From Paramoeba atlantica (lineage: Eukaryota; Protista; Discosea), in NCBI GenBank assembly GCA_977017575.1, contig CDRNVI010000053.1, positions 434,001-498,000 of the forward strand: 64,000 nucleotides of DNA, given 5' to 3'. Both the position numbers and the translations under genes were made by a program. Positions 1 through 10,457 of the stretch are shown piece by piece. The notes under the pieces were generated by a model. That model did not search any database and had not been told where the DNA came from. It was given only the letters and a program-made list of their open reading frames with translations. Position 1 is the first letter of the stretch, and every line of letters starts with the position of its first letter.

Positions 1-1203
1 TGGAACGCCACTACATTTTGTACAGTTCTTGCCGAGCATTCCTCCAAAACTTTAGAAGCTTTTAATACCTTGCAATTCAGTGAGCACGAATCCTCTCCTG
101 CATCACTAATTTCAGAGAAGGAGGCTCATGTGGTACGTAGAAGAGGCATGGATGTCTTTATCGGATTCAAAAACGGTGATAGAATGCGCTTACAATCGAT
201 TCGTGATGCTTTGGAGCTACCTTCAATATGTCCTGCAATTGTTGTCCAGCACATTCTTAACTACTTGAAGAGCATTCCCATCAGGTATTGCAGTACAACT
301 CTTATTCTGCAAAACGTGCACGGAATATGCGAAACAATGAAAGAAGTGAAAGGAAAACTAGTTTATAACGAGAATGCACCTCACAAGCATGATAAAGTAC
401 GAGAGAGGCGAATAGAAAAAATGTCTCACGAAAGCGTTTCTCGATCTCATAAAGATTCTTCAATCGAGTCTTCGGACAAAAAGGCCACTCTCTCAGTCCA
501 AAACGATTCCATAGCTTCGAGAGTACGGGCTCGTAGAGAAGAACCTGCACAACAAAGTCTTCCAATGCTACGCTTTACGACGTCACCAACTTTAGAAAAA
601 GAGTCCATGAAGGAGGACGAATTAATGCCGATTGTGTTAAGTTCTCAAAAAAGAAGGCAACGACCTCAACTAGACACCAAAAAGGAATTCGTGGAAACAC
701 GACTAGTAAAGGGAGATTCTCACATGAAGCATAATAGTTCTGCCACTGAATGCAATTTCGATGATCCTTTCCCAACGGAGAACACTAAAAAATACATAGA
801 TCATCATGCTGGTGAATATTCAGTGGTAGTTTCAAAGCGACCACCGCCCCCTCCTTTGAAAGACCCACGCCAAGAGATTAAGGGATATGCACTTCCCCCA
901 GAAATCAAGAAAGCTCGTGAAAAATGTGCAAGTGTCTTCCACGAAAAGTTTGGGGACAACAAAAAAGCCGGAAGGCTTTGTGTGTTTTGTTTAAATTGTC
1001 ATATGTTGGAAAGTCTTTTTAATGGTGCAACAGCGGAATGCGAACTGCATTCCGAAGTTATTCCTTCAACGGAACGTGCATTAAGGTACCGCCTCACCTA
1101 TCACCCTAGGCTTTGCTCTGTGGCTGTGCGGAGATATCGTTCTTACTTACGAAACAATCGCATTTCAAAAATTCCAATTGATCACGTTCTTTGTCTACAT
1201 TAA
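1..1203 (+). CDS. Hypothetical protein, probably 5'-truncated by the window edge; C-terminal Cys/His cluster
   Basis: The frame of the 70..1203 ORF is open back to base 1 (WNATTFCTVLAEH...). Charged low-complexity middle; C-terminal CVFCLNCH...CELH. No family recognised. Confidence 0.6.
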   Translation, partial: WNATTFCTVLAEHSSKTLEAFNTLQFSEHESSPASLISEKEAHVVRRRGMDVFIGFKNGDRMRLQSIRDALELPSICPAIVVQHILNYLKSIPIRYCSTTLILQNVHGICETMKEVKGKLVYNENAPHKHDKVRERRIEKMSHESVSRSHKDSSIESSDKKATLSVQNDSIASRVRARREEPAQQSLPMLRFTTSPTLEKESMKEDELMPIVLSSQKRRQRPQLDTKKEFVETRLVKGDSHMKHNSSATECNFDDPFPTENTKKYIDHHAGEYSVVVSKRPPPPPLKDPRQEIKGYALPPEIKKAREKCASVFHEKFGDNKKAGRLCVFCLNCHMLESLFNGATAECELHSEVIPSTERALRYRLTYHPRLCSVAVRRYRSYLRNNRISKIPIDHVLCLH

Positions 1204-1667
1204 GTTTTATGGATCTGTATTAAGGAGTAGAGTACCGCATTAGGAATAGTCCGATCTATATTATTATTAAAAAAAATCGAAATAGAATATCGGTACAGTA
1301 AATCTATTCGTATTTTAAGCGCCACGAAACATTTATGCGCTAGCGCTTTCTATTCTACGTTGAAAAAATGGGTCTTTAATTCTACGGTCTATATGATTGA
1401 TTTATCAAGCGACATGCTCACAAGGAGAACTATTGATTCCATTTCTGTTTAGCAATTTAGCATTGAAACCTCTTCGTGCTTATCTATTGACTCAGAAATG
1501 GTAATCAGAACTGCTCAAAGTAACAATGGACACCGCTCCAAAAATGATTTCAATTAAGCTTGCTAATTATTTCCCAATGAAGCTTACTAGTAAATATTTC
1601 GCAATGGGAAATTCTAGTAAGAAACAGATTGACGCTACAAGCTAGTAAGGGGTCTTGTTACACTCTA

Positions 1668-4600
1668 ATGCTCGAAGGCCTTTCGCTCGCGCAAAAGGGT
1701 ATTGCTGCTCGCTTGTGTTTTGGCTTAAACAAACAAGATTCCGATTTGTTGCGACGAATACTTCATAAAAGTCCTGCTATGATGTGCGTTACAAAGTCCC
1801 GTCCAGACGCAAAGAAATACAATGCGCTTCTGCAGCATTTATATGGGCTAGATTGGATAACATCATTAAAATTGTACAGCGAACTCTTTAACACGAATGG
1901 ATCTAAGGAACCATTAGTGCTGGAAGAGGGGGGAAAATCATATAAGGCTAATCCAGACAAAGCCACTTTCCGGGTGTTATTATCCACCCTAATTTATTCT
2001 GGTCACTGGCAAAAAATGTTATCACACTACTTTGACAGGTGTGTACCAACTCTGTCAGATCACGAACTTTCATATTTTGGTGGTAAAATCCACTCCAGGT
2101 TGATTGGTTGTCATCAACGTGTGCTAGCGCACCGCGTGTTGGAGTTCATGTGTCGCAGGAACTTTCCACTTCATCGTTTAACAGGAAGTTTCTTAAAGTC
2201 CCGCGCTACCGAAGGATGGATGCAGGCTCTTCGTAGTTTTTATTTTATTAGGAATTGGGATAAATCACAGCTCACTTCTGTATTTGCTTCGGCTTGCGTA
2301 CGGAGTTGCAGTGAAAATGATCAATGGAGAGCGGCGCTTCGAATCAACACTATCTGTAAAGATCTTAATCTTGCTATTTTCGATGAAGTCAACTTAAAAA
2401 CGGCATGCTGTCTTATTAATCACGGTAAATGGGAACTGTCTGCAAAGTTTATGCACTTGATGAATATCTCAGAGTTGACTGAAAATACTGGTTCTGAAAC
2501 GTGTTTGTCGTCTACTATTCCGCGAAAGGGTCGTTTGCACAGAGAAACATCGAACGATACATATAAACAGGCATGTACTCTTAGTGCTTCATCATTTTGG
2601 CTCGAAGCTTTACTATTAGTGAAGCATGATTCTCCGGAACGCATAACATACGTTGCATCTCTCGGAAACGCGTGGGAATTCTGTCTCTCGTACCTTCAAT
2701 CTTTCATGAAAAATGTTCAAAACGTTTCACACTCTACTCCTTCGTCTAGGAAAATATCTTCTCCAGAACTGAAAAAATATATTAAGACTACCACTAGAGA
2801 TTATAGTAACATTCCGTGGAAAATGATAAAGAGTTGTATTATCGCCGGTTCTCAAAGTCCTATCGCTTCCAAACCATGCACAGAGCTATTGAGGTCGTAC
2901 ATCGAGAGAGGAAATGTCTCGGACGATACCTGGAAGCAAGCGCTTGATCTTCATAATTTAGCTTTCGATAAATTATTCGCAGCACTACCATGGCGACTTC
3001 ATCATGCAGAGGTACTGTTTCCATCCTTGCATAAGGTACCTCCAGCCCAACGCTACAAAATTTTCTTCGTTTCGTCAATTCGCTCACTTCTTCGGTTTCA
3101 GATCATTTCAGTTAGTGAAAGTATGGAGCTATACAAGAAATATTACCCACCGATATTTCAAACCTCTTCGTCGTTTTATTTGGATGATCTAATTTCCCAC
3201 GATAGAGAAAAATACGATAGGGAGCACGCGGAGAGCTGTCCGGGACTCGATAGTGAAAAAACGTTAATTGAACTTGCTGGTGAATTTCCCGTCATAACAT
3301 ACTCAGTGGAATCTGAATCCAAAGCGCACTGGAGCTATGGAAATAGGTGGACAATGGCATTTGAATTGCTTCATCACATCACTTCCCGCCGGGAATCGCT
3401 TCAGTGTAATACCTTGCGGAATAGCCATTTTCATCATGCAGTTTCTATGAGCTCGTTTTTAGCCAAGGTACCTTATCTTACTGTGCTTCGCGGTCCTCTA
3501 GAATTGTGCCGCGTTCAGCATCTACTACGTCCCAAAAATGTGGATATTATATTGCGCTCACTTCTACTGGGCGGATACTATCTAAATGCAATAAACCTTG
3601 TCAGGCATTTTCCCCGTTTTGGAACTCATTTGTCTACGAGCACGCTTTTATTCTTTTTATCTTGTCTTGTTCTCCCTGCAACATCGATTCAAAACTACAT
3701 CCCGAATGAAGAGCTTCGGGATCATACATGTAGCAAGAATGCTTGTAGTGTTAAGGGTTTGCTAGAAATCGAAAAGAATAGAGATTGTGAGCCATTAAAG
3801 TCATATCTTGATGTTGAAATTCAAGTGAGTAATACGCAACAGTGGAAGCAGCTGACAGATTTAAGAAGCATGTACAGAAAAGTAGACCTCATCCGATTTC
3901 AAAAAACTAGAAACTCGTGTGGTGCTTTAGCACCACAAGATGTACTCGGCTCAAATGAAAGAACTTCTGTTTGGCAGACTCCCCCTTTCACGGCTCTATG
4001 TCATATTCATTTACCCACCGCTTACGCTCTCCAGCATCGTCATGCTGTGCCCCATTCGGATGTTATGGTGTTGCATCGTGCTGAGGATACCGCAATTATT
4101 AGCAAACCCGCTGGTCTCGATAGCATTTCGCACGACGCAATTTCGTTGTACGGTGCGACGGAGCAGTGTCCCGACGTGTCCAGCGCGGTGATACATCTGT
4201 TTCCGCAATGCGCACAAATCCGAGCGCATGGACTTTTGCACAGACTCGATGTCTCAACGTCGGGGTTGCTTGCCGTGGCACTGTCCCCTCGTGCCGCATT
4301 AGTGGTTATGCAACAGAACTTAACGAGATCCAAAAAGAAGCGCTACATGTGTCTGACAGTTCTGCTAGACCCTCGTCAAAAACCTACGTATGAGGGCGTA
4401 ATACGCACACCGTACTCGTTGCTGCGAGAAAGTGGGCACATGATGAAGCTGGAAGGCGAGCTGGAGGCAGAGACCACTTATCGTATTCTGGAAGCATTGC
4501 AAGGAAACATATTCCTCGTGGAATGTCATTTGCACACCGGCCGCCAGCATCAAATACGCCTACACATGAAGGAAATTGGTTTTGTATTGCTTGGTGATAA

Positions 4601-4769
4601 TCGGTACGGGGCTGGAATATCCTGCACACCACTTTTGTCCCGAGTAGCACTACACGCGTGTGAACTCACATATCAAACACCCGATGGGGAATCGGTCACT
4701 ATAGAAAGTACCGTTCCCCATGACATGCAAAAAGCACTTGATGTACTTCGTCCACAGAGCTTAACGTGA
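1668..4769 (+). CDS. RluA-family pseudouridine synthase with a long N-terminal PPR-like helical repeat region
   Basis: C-terminal motifs ISKPAGL, HRLDVSTSGLL (catalytic Asp), HTGRQHQIRLHM, LLGDNRYG, LHACELTY. About 10 W-x-x-A-L-type helices upstream. First ATG at 1668 (ORF track starts at TTG 1629). Confidence 0.85.
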   Translation: MLEGLSLAQKGIAARLCFGLNKQDSDLLRRILHKSPAMMCVTKSRPDAKKYNALLQHLYGLDWITSLKLYSELFNTNGSKEPLVLEEGGKSYKANPDKATFRVLLSTLIYSGHWQKMLSHYFDRCVPTLSDHELSYFGGKIHSRLIGCHQRVLAHRVLEFMCRRNFPLHRLTGSFLKSRATEGWMQALRSFYFIRNWDKSQLTSVFASACVRSCSENDQWRAALRINTICKDLNLAIFDEVNLKTACCLINHGKWELSAKFMHLMNISELTENTGSETCLSSTIPRKGRLHRETSNDTYKQACTLSASSFWLEALLLVKHDSPERITYVASLGNAWEFCLSYLQSFMKNVQNVSHSTPSSRKISSPELKKYIKTTTRDYSNIPWKMIKSCIIAGSQSPIASKPCTELLRSYIERGNVSDDTWKQALDLHNLAFDKLFAALPWRLHHAEVLFPSLHKVPPAQRYKIFFVSSIRSLLRFQIISVSESMELYKKYYPPIFQTSSSFYLDDLISHDREKYDREHAESCPGLDSEKTLIELAGEFPVITYSVESESKAHWSYGNRWTMAFELLHHITSRRESLQCNTLRNSHFHHAVSMSSFLAKVPYLTVLRGPLELCRVQHLLRPKNVDIILRSLLLGGYYLNAINLVRHFPRFGTHLSTSTLLFFLSCLVLPATSIQNYIPNEELRDHTCSKNACSVKGLLEIEKNRDCEPLKSYLDVEIQVSNTQQWKQLTDLRSMYRKVDLIRFQKTRNSCGALAPQDVLGSNERTSVWQTPPFTALCHIHLPTAYALQHRHAVPHSDVMVLHRAEDTAIISKPAGLDSISHDAISLYGATEQCPDVSSAVIHLFPQCAQIRAHGLLHRLDVSTSGLLAVALSPRAALVVMQQNLTRSKKKRYMCLTVLLDPRQKPTYEGVIRTPYSLLRESGHMMKLEGELEAETTYRILEALQGNIFLVECHLHTGRQHQIRLHMKEIGFVLLGDNRYGAGISCTPLLSRVALHACELTYQTPDGESVTIESTVPHDMQKALDVLRPQSLT

Positions 4770-5036
4770 CCGGTGTCCCGCGTGATTAAGGACTGTATTT
4801 CTATGTATTGAAGTTCTCGCATAAAACCTTGTTTCTTTTGCTTTTACAGTCGAAACAAGTAGGAGCTTAAAAAGTGGACTTTACCACACTTTTCTACCGT
4901 ACCTTAGTCGTATCTTATGACATTTTGGGCCTCTTTATCGTATTTTCAATTGTAGTCCTTAACATTTTACACAGTATACAGTTAAATTTAAACTCTATTT
5001 CCCACGCTACAAATAGCACTTCTTGATTCTGCGAAA

Positions 5037-5351
5037 ATGAACTTACCACCACCTCCCCAGATCCCAGGTTTACCTCCAACACCTCCATTGCAATTAGTTT
5101 CAACTAGTGAGAAGCTGAACGCTATTGGAGAGTATGCCTCTGTTCACTGCTTCAAGAATTGCGTAGGATATTTTTCCGAGGACAGCTTACCTTACCATTA
5201 TGGTGAGAGAACTTGTGTAGAGCGATGTGCTGATAAATTGTATGATTGCTTTCACTTATCTCGAGAGGTACGAAAAAAGTTAGAAATGAAAGCAAAGGCG
5301 AGGAAATACTCTCCCTCGTGGCTTGCATTATATGATCCGAAAAAACAGTAG
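5037..5351 (+). CDS. Small Tim chaperone (Tim9/Tim10/Tim8-13 family)
   Basis: Twin CX3C motif (CFKNC...CVERC) in a 104-aa protein; the specific paralogue cannot be assigned. Confidence 0.8.
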   Translation: MNLPPPPQIPGLPPTPPLQLVSTSEKLNAIGEYASVHCFKNCVGYFSEDSLPYHYGERTCVERCADKLYDCFHLSREVRKKLEMKAKARKYSPSWLALYDPKKQ

Positions 5352-5633
5352 GGACCCTCTCAAGAATCAGCAAGAAATGTAAAGCGCGTTGCGAATGGCA
5401 GGACCTTTCTAACGAGTACAAGCTTCGTATGTTCAATCAGATGCTATTCAAATCTGATATCATGCTCATAAATAATCTTTTATGTACGATGCCGTATGAC
5501 GTACTTTTATGATACTTTAATACATGATACGGCACTAAAATGTATGGACGATGAAGAATAACGTACTCATCAAAAATGATTTATTAAAACTTAGCCGCTG
5601 TAGAAAATCATTTACCCCTTTTTTTTACTTTTT

Positions 5634-6215
5634 GTGATGAAACTGGTTTTTCAGACTCAGTCCTCGATTCTACGGCATTCCCGTGGTCAGTTTCGAAACC
5701 TTTATTACCATAATATTTGTACAGCACATCAAGGTCGCGTTTCCTTGAATTCAGCGAAGCCGTCTAAGACGCCAGTAACCATGAAGGATAGAATTCCGCT
5801 TCCAGGAACACAGGTGCATGACGGGAAGCGTAAGCTCGCGATATTAGCAGATGCAGTAAAAGTAAGTAGTGAGAGTTATCCGTTTATAGATGAGATCGTC
5901 AAGACAAAGGGTACTGTATGCTTACGTCGGTATTTCGATTACGAAAGTCGCCCTCCTTGGAAGGTACTTGAGGATACGTTTGGCTTTGAGTGGTTTAGAG
6001 TGGATGGGTTTATACCTATTCACATGCAAATTATATCTGATGCGGCCCACCTCATTGAATATCACAAGGAAAATTTGATTACTGCCGTCGTAATGGTTGT
6101 GACACAGCGAGAGGCCGAGGCTTATTCGAGGTATTTCGAACGGCTTAAAGGAAACGGTGTCAGTGTGTATGTCTGTCACGAACGCGCCTTGTTTCCTACA
6201 GTTTTAGAGGAATAG
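5634..6215 (+). CDS. Degenerate NYN/LabA-like (PIN-fold) protein, possibly mitochondrial
   Basis: LAILADAVKV...RRYF...IISDAAHL...VVMVV...RLKGNGVSVYV follows the LabA/DUF88 pattern. N-terminus is Arg/Ser-rich and lacks acidic residues. Confidence 0.5.
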   Translation: MMKLVFQTQSSILRHSRGQFRNLYYHNICTAHQGRVSLNSAKPSKTPVTMKDRIPLPGTQVHDGKRKLAILADAVKVSSESYPFIDEIVKTKGTVCLRRYFDYESRPPWKVLEDTFGFEWFRVDGFIPIHMQIISDAAHLIEYHKENLITAVVMVVTQREAEAYSRYFERLKGNGVSVYVCHERALFPTVLEE

Positions 6216-6509
6216 ATAAATGCCTGGTACCAACGTAATAAAAGACCCGGTTGCTTTGAGCTACTCGAAGGATTGTTTTGTACGCATTATTTGGGAGTGG
6301 AGTATTACATGTAAACTTACTAGTACTAAATTAATTCGTTTCTCTACTTAATATAATGGCTTACTAAGAAATATTCAATTTTGCACACCTCAGTTTTACA
6401 CCTCTGATGTTTCGCTTTTTCCGAATTTAAAATCACTGGGCTCTGATTCTTAGCCGTTTTAACCTAGCAAACTGCTTGCAAGTCAATTAAAAATCAATTT
6501 GGAACTCTG

Positions 6510-9083
6510 TTGTACGTATCTTTTGTACTTTACTTCCTTGTTGCTACCCTTGACGCAACTGAAAATCAGAGCCTACTATCTGATTCTTCTATTGGTGGCG
6601 GTAATAAGCTAGACGATGAAGTCCTCATGTCTGGACATGACCCAGACCGTCATGCCGCACTCACTTCTTTTAAAAATCAAACGACCCAAAAAAATCAGAA
6701 TCTGTCAAGCAATATTCAAAACAGCACCTCAAAGGGATGCGAATGTGCCTCATGTCACGATCGCGACAACAAGGTTGATTCTCACCCAAGTGACAATGTT
6801 TTGAAAGAAAATGCATCGGCATTTTTGAAGACAAAGCCGTCCTATGATGCAACGGGATCGAACCGCCATAATTACCTCACCGATCCTTCTACGATAAATT
6901 CTTTGGACAATACTGAAAAGAATCAGAAACAGGTTGAAGACTTCTTGGTAATTTTAAGAACAACTGCGGTTGCCCAAGCCCAAAATGTTCTCCGAAAGAG
7001 TGCGCAACAAATGTTAGCACCCACCTCATCTGGGTTCAAAATATGGCGATCTGTCGAAAACTTCACTGCTAACGATACGGATGCGGATTCACGTAGCAAA
7101 TTAAATACACGTAACAATATCCATAATGAGTTAGTCGGAATAACTAATTCAAAGGACTTAAATTTAATGGCTTCCTATCCGGCTTCATTCCTTCTATGTT
7201 ACGCGGATTGGGATCCTACAACTGCGCACTTGTTGGAAACTCTAAATTCATACCTTCGTACTAAGAATGCTGTGAATATAAGTTCGCAAAGACTACCGTG
7301 GCATAGTGGTACTGTTAATCAACAGTCTGTGGCTTTTTCTGCCAATTATTCACTACCTGTCTTTACGTATAATATTTTTAGAGACACAAAATTTCGTCCC
7401 GTTTTGGGTTCTTTAAAAGGTCTGTACTTCATGCAGAGTACCGAACGAGTTCGCGCATTCGCTGGTCAAAATAATGAACGTGACCTTACTGCATTCCTGG
7501 AAAGGATGACTATATATACTTACAAAATGGAACTCTGCGACGACTCGTTAAAAGAAGCTGTATCTTTGTTTGAAACCATTGCAGTTCTATACTCTCCGAG
7601 TAAAAATATCTTAACTTTACCTAACTTCGATGCGGCTTTAGAGGAAATGTCAGAAAAAATACCTTTATTCTACAATTTCACAATTCCACCGAACTTTTTA
7701 TACGGTCCCTTGAAAGAAAATTTTATAGCTCTAACGATATACAGGAAGCCGCAAGCATTTTCGAGCAAACCTTATATGGTAGAAGTCAAGTACTGGACGT
7801 GCGAGAACGCTTTTAGTGGTTTCAAAGACATGAATGGCCGACACATTACTCCGCAGGGCCTACAGCTTGAAGTCCTGCGCTCCTTCGACGATATGCTTTC
7901 TAACTACCCATCCGAACTTCACGTTTTAAATTTTCAAAATGAGTTAGAGCGTACGCGAAACATGGGAAAAAAGATGATTGTTCTTTTCCAAAGAGACTTA
8001 TCGAAAGAGGGTACCCATCTTAAGAAGAGCATTATTTCGTCGAACTGTGTAGAATCCTTGACTACTATTTACGAAGGCCCGTCTGGCCAACCAACCGGAA
8101 GAAAACAAGGACGCGAAAAATATAATTTCTATTATTTTAATGAATTACTGTACCAAAATTTTTCCAATCGGTTGTGCATCGCGAAATATCGGCAATGGCT
8201 CCCTGAAAAGGAGTTTGCAAATCAGGTATACAACGACTTGAAAAATCTGGTTGTGTCTAATTTTTCCACACAAGCGCAAGAGCTCAATATACCAAGAGGT
8301 CTGGATCATTGTGTGTACGTCCTAATTGATCCTAAAGCCTTAAATTATATCCGATTCGTAGAGTTTCCCCAAAACAGAGAAAGTGGAATAGAGGAATTTG
8401 GAGGCATGAAGGATTGCGTACCAAGAACGCAACCACTGATTTCACGTGCACGCCATGTTTCACAAGATAAGACAAGAAAAGCAGATATTTTACACGTCAA
8501 TGACATGTGGTCTTATTTGAATTACTGTTCTTACCAACTTATTGGAGAAGAAATCCTTCGCAAACCAAATGCCATAGCTTATTACAACGTGGGGGAGTGT
8601 GTGCTCTCTTCCCCATTCCAAGCCCTCGTGTTGCTCACTTCCCCAAGTCATGGGCATAGTCTTTGTGCTCAACGAACTGTCGATCAGATTTGTGAGCTCA
8701 AAACATTTTACGATTGGTCCATAAAAATAGGTGAATACGATATCGAATATAATGGCCTGTTTCCACCGTTCAAAAATATAGTGCGAGGATACCCAGAATT
8801 CTTGTATGTGAACAAGACTCACGTAGTTATCTATACTGGAATAGATCGGACTGTACGTGGAGTTTTGCATTTTCTTCGTACGCACATGTATGATGTTTCT
8901 CATATTGCAAATAGTGAGTTAAGCATCGATACACTAATTTCTGGGGCAATTTCTTCAACTAACACACTTCCGTATCATCTCTCTAACGTGTTTAACAGCC
9001 CACGGAATGGCGAGCAGCTTTTTCTAGGTATTCAGCACAACACGCATCATTTATACGGAAATGCGACAGCTGAAATTATTTAA
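6510..9083 (+). CDS. Divergent PDI-like/thioredoxin-fold protein lacking CxxC motifs
   Basis: FLLCYADWDPTT and LVLLTSPSHGHS...IGEYDIEYN...VRGYPEFL...YTGIDRT resemble PDI a/a' domains without the cysteines. Hydrophobic N-terminus. Start uncertain (TTG 6510; first ATG 6627). Confidence 0.5.
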   Translation: MYVSFVLYFLVATLDATENQSLLSDSSIGGGNKLDDEVLMSGHDPDRHAALTSFKNQTTQKNQNLSSNIQNSTSKGCECASCHDRDNKVDSHPSDNVLKENASAFLKTKPSYDATGSNRHNYLTDPSTINSLDNTEKNQKQVEDFLVILRTTAVAQAQNVLRKSAQQMLAPTSSGFKIWRSVENFTANDTDADSRSKLNTRNNIHNELVGITNSKDLNLMASYPASFLLCYADWDPTTAHLLETLNSYLRTKNAVNISSQRLPWHSGTVNQQSVAFSANYSLPVFTYNIFRDTKFRPVLGSLKGLYFMQSTERVRAFAGQNNERDLTAFLERMTIYTYKMELCDDSLKEAVSLFETIAVLYSPSKNILTLPNFDAALEEMSEKIPLFYNFTIPPNFLYGPLKENFIALTIYRKPQAFSSKPYMVEVKYWTCENAFSGFKDMNGRHITPQGLQLEVLRSFDDMLSNYPSELHVLNFQNELERTRNMGKKMIVLFQRDLSKEGTHLKKSIISSNCVESLTTIYEGPSGQPTGRKQGREKYNFYYFNELLYQNFSNRLCIAKYRQWLPEKEFANQVYNDLKNLVVSNFSTQAQELNIPRGLDHCVYVLIDPKALNYIRFVEFPQNRESGIEEFGGMKDCVPRTQPLISRARHVSQDKTRKADILHVNDMWSYLNYCSYQLIGEEILRKPNAIAYYNVGECVLSSPFQALVLLTSPSHGHSLCAQRTVDQICELKTFYDWSIKIGEYDIEYNGLFPPFKNIVRGYPEFLYVNKTHVVIYTGIDRTVRGVLHFLRTHMYDVSHIANSELSIDTLISGAISSTNTLPYHLSNVFNSPRNGEQLFLGIQHNTHHLYGNATAEII

Positions 9084-9284
9084 AGAAATGGAAACAAAAA
9101 ATAGAGATACTAGACTAGTCTACTGCCTCATTCATCTCTTTGAATCAGTTTGTGTTACCGCGAATCTAAGTTCGATATACTGATGCGTATTTAACATAAT
9201 CTGTATGTAGTAATTTATTGATACAAAGCATCATCTCTACCATACGAGCCACTCTTTAGGCATAATTCCGTAATTTTTACTATA

Positions 9285-10304
9285 ATGATTGCATCGAGCG
9301 CTTTGACTACCCCTCATCGAGATTTCATAAATGACTGTCAAGAGGATGACATTGGCCGATTTCGCGCCACATGCAGCTCAGATGGTACAATAGTCATACA
9401 CCCTCTTGGGGACAACACGAACACAGCGTGCCAAACACTCTTTGGGCACGACGGCCCAGTGTGGAGCATTGCATGGGCACCGATAGCGCTCATATCCAGG
9501 GAACTTTTCCTTGTCTCTGGTGGATACGATGGCCGCGTTATCTTGTGGAAAAATAGCATTCCTGAAACGGGCTTGGGGGCCTTCGAGAAGTGCGATACCG
9601 AAATTTTAAGCGCTGCTGTGAACCGAGTGGCATGGTGTCCTGCAGAGGCGGGATGGCGTCTGGCATGCGCCCTCGTGGATGGCACCATACGCGAGTCCAT
9701 TTGTGAGAACAACAAGTGGGGTATCTTCGCACTTGTGGGAAAGCACGATGCCTCCGTCAGAAGTGTTGCCTGGTGTCCTGTAGTGCCTCGAGCACAGGAA
9801 GTTCCGTGTCCTGTTTTGTGCTCAGGTGGGATGGACGCATGTTTAATGCTGTGGCAAACTACAGGAATTACAGGAAACTACAGGAACTACTGTAATAGAG
9901 GAGAGTGGTTGTGTCTTATTAAGCTACCTCTCGAGAGTCCGATCCATGATATCGGTTGTGCACCGCGTGGTGCCTACGAGCAGTCGATACTTGCCGTTGC
10001 AACACAACAAAAGAGTGTACGAATTTATCATATTAACTTAGAAGATATTTCGATTGCGGATGAGAAAGAAAAGAATTTTTTAGAACAGTTAGCTACACTT
10101 CCTCTGGAAAGTGTACCGTGCGCTGTCTCTTGGTGTCCATTTCAAAATGCATACATGATAGCCGTATCGTTGGACAATGGGAGCGTAGCCGTGTATTGTG
10201 GCACTGAGGATTTCACTAAACTCCATTTTCCGGGGGCATCTATCGTAAAACGTTTACCTACTATGTGGACCGAAACGTCTACCGCGCTTTTGGAAGATCT
10301 ATAA
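9285..10304 (+). CDS. SEC13: Sec13-like WD40 protein (COPII/nuclear pore)
   Basis: TLFGHDGPVWSIAWA...LVSGGYDGRVILWK and AVNRVAWCP...LACALVDG match the Sec13 WD repeats. Confidence 0.75.
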   Translation: MIASSALTTPHRDFINDCQEDDIGRFRATCSSDGTIVIHPLGDNTNTACQTLFGHDGPVWSIAWAPIALISRELFLVSGGYDGRVILWKNSIPETGLGAFEKCDTEILSAAVNRVAWCPAEAGWRLACALVDGTIRESICENNKWGIFALVGKHDASVRSVAWCPVVPRAQEVPCPVLCSGGMDACLMLWQTTGITGNYRNYCNRGEWLCLIKLPLESPIHDIGCAPRGAYEQSILAVATQQKSVRIYHINLEDISIADEKEKNFLEQLATLPLESVPCAVSWCPFQNAYMIAVSLDNGSVAVYCGTEDFTKLHFPGASIVKRLPTMWTETSTALLEDL

Positions 10305-10457
10305 GGGTAATGTTTCGAAACATTTCATGCATTCATGTTCAGATGTTTACAAAAAAAATGGAATTACGTTATCCCTATCGCATTGCCTACCTACGGGACA
10401 TAGTAGATACCCTGTGACATAGGGTATCGAACCATACGTAACCCTTTTACATTTCAC

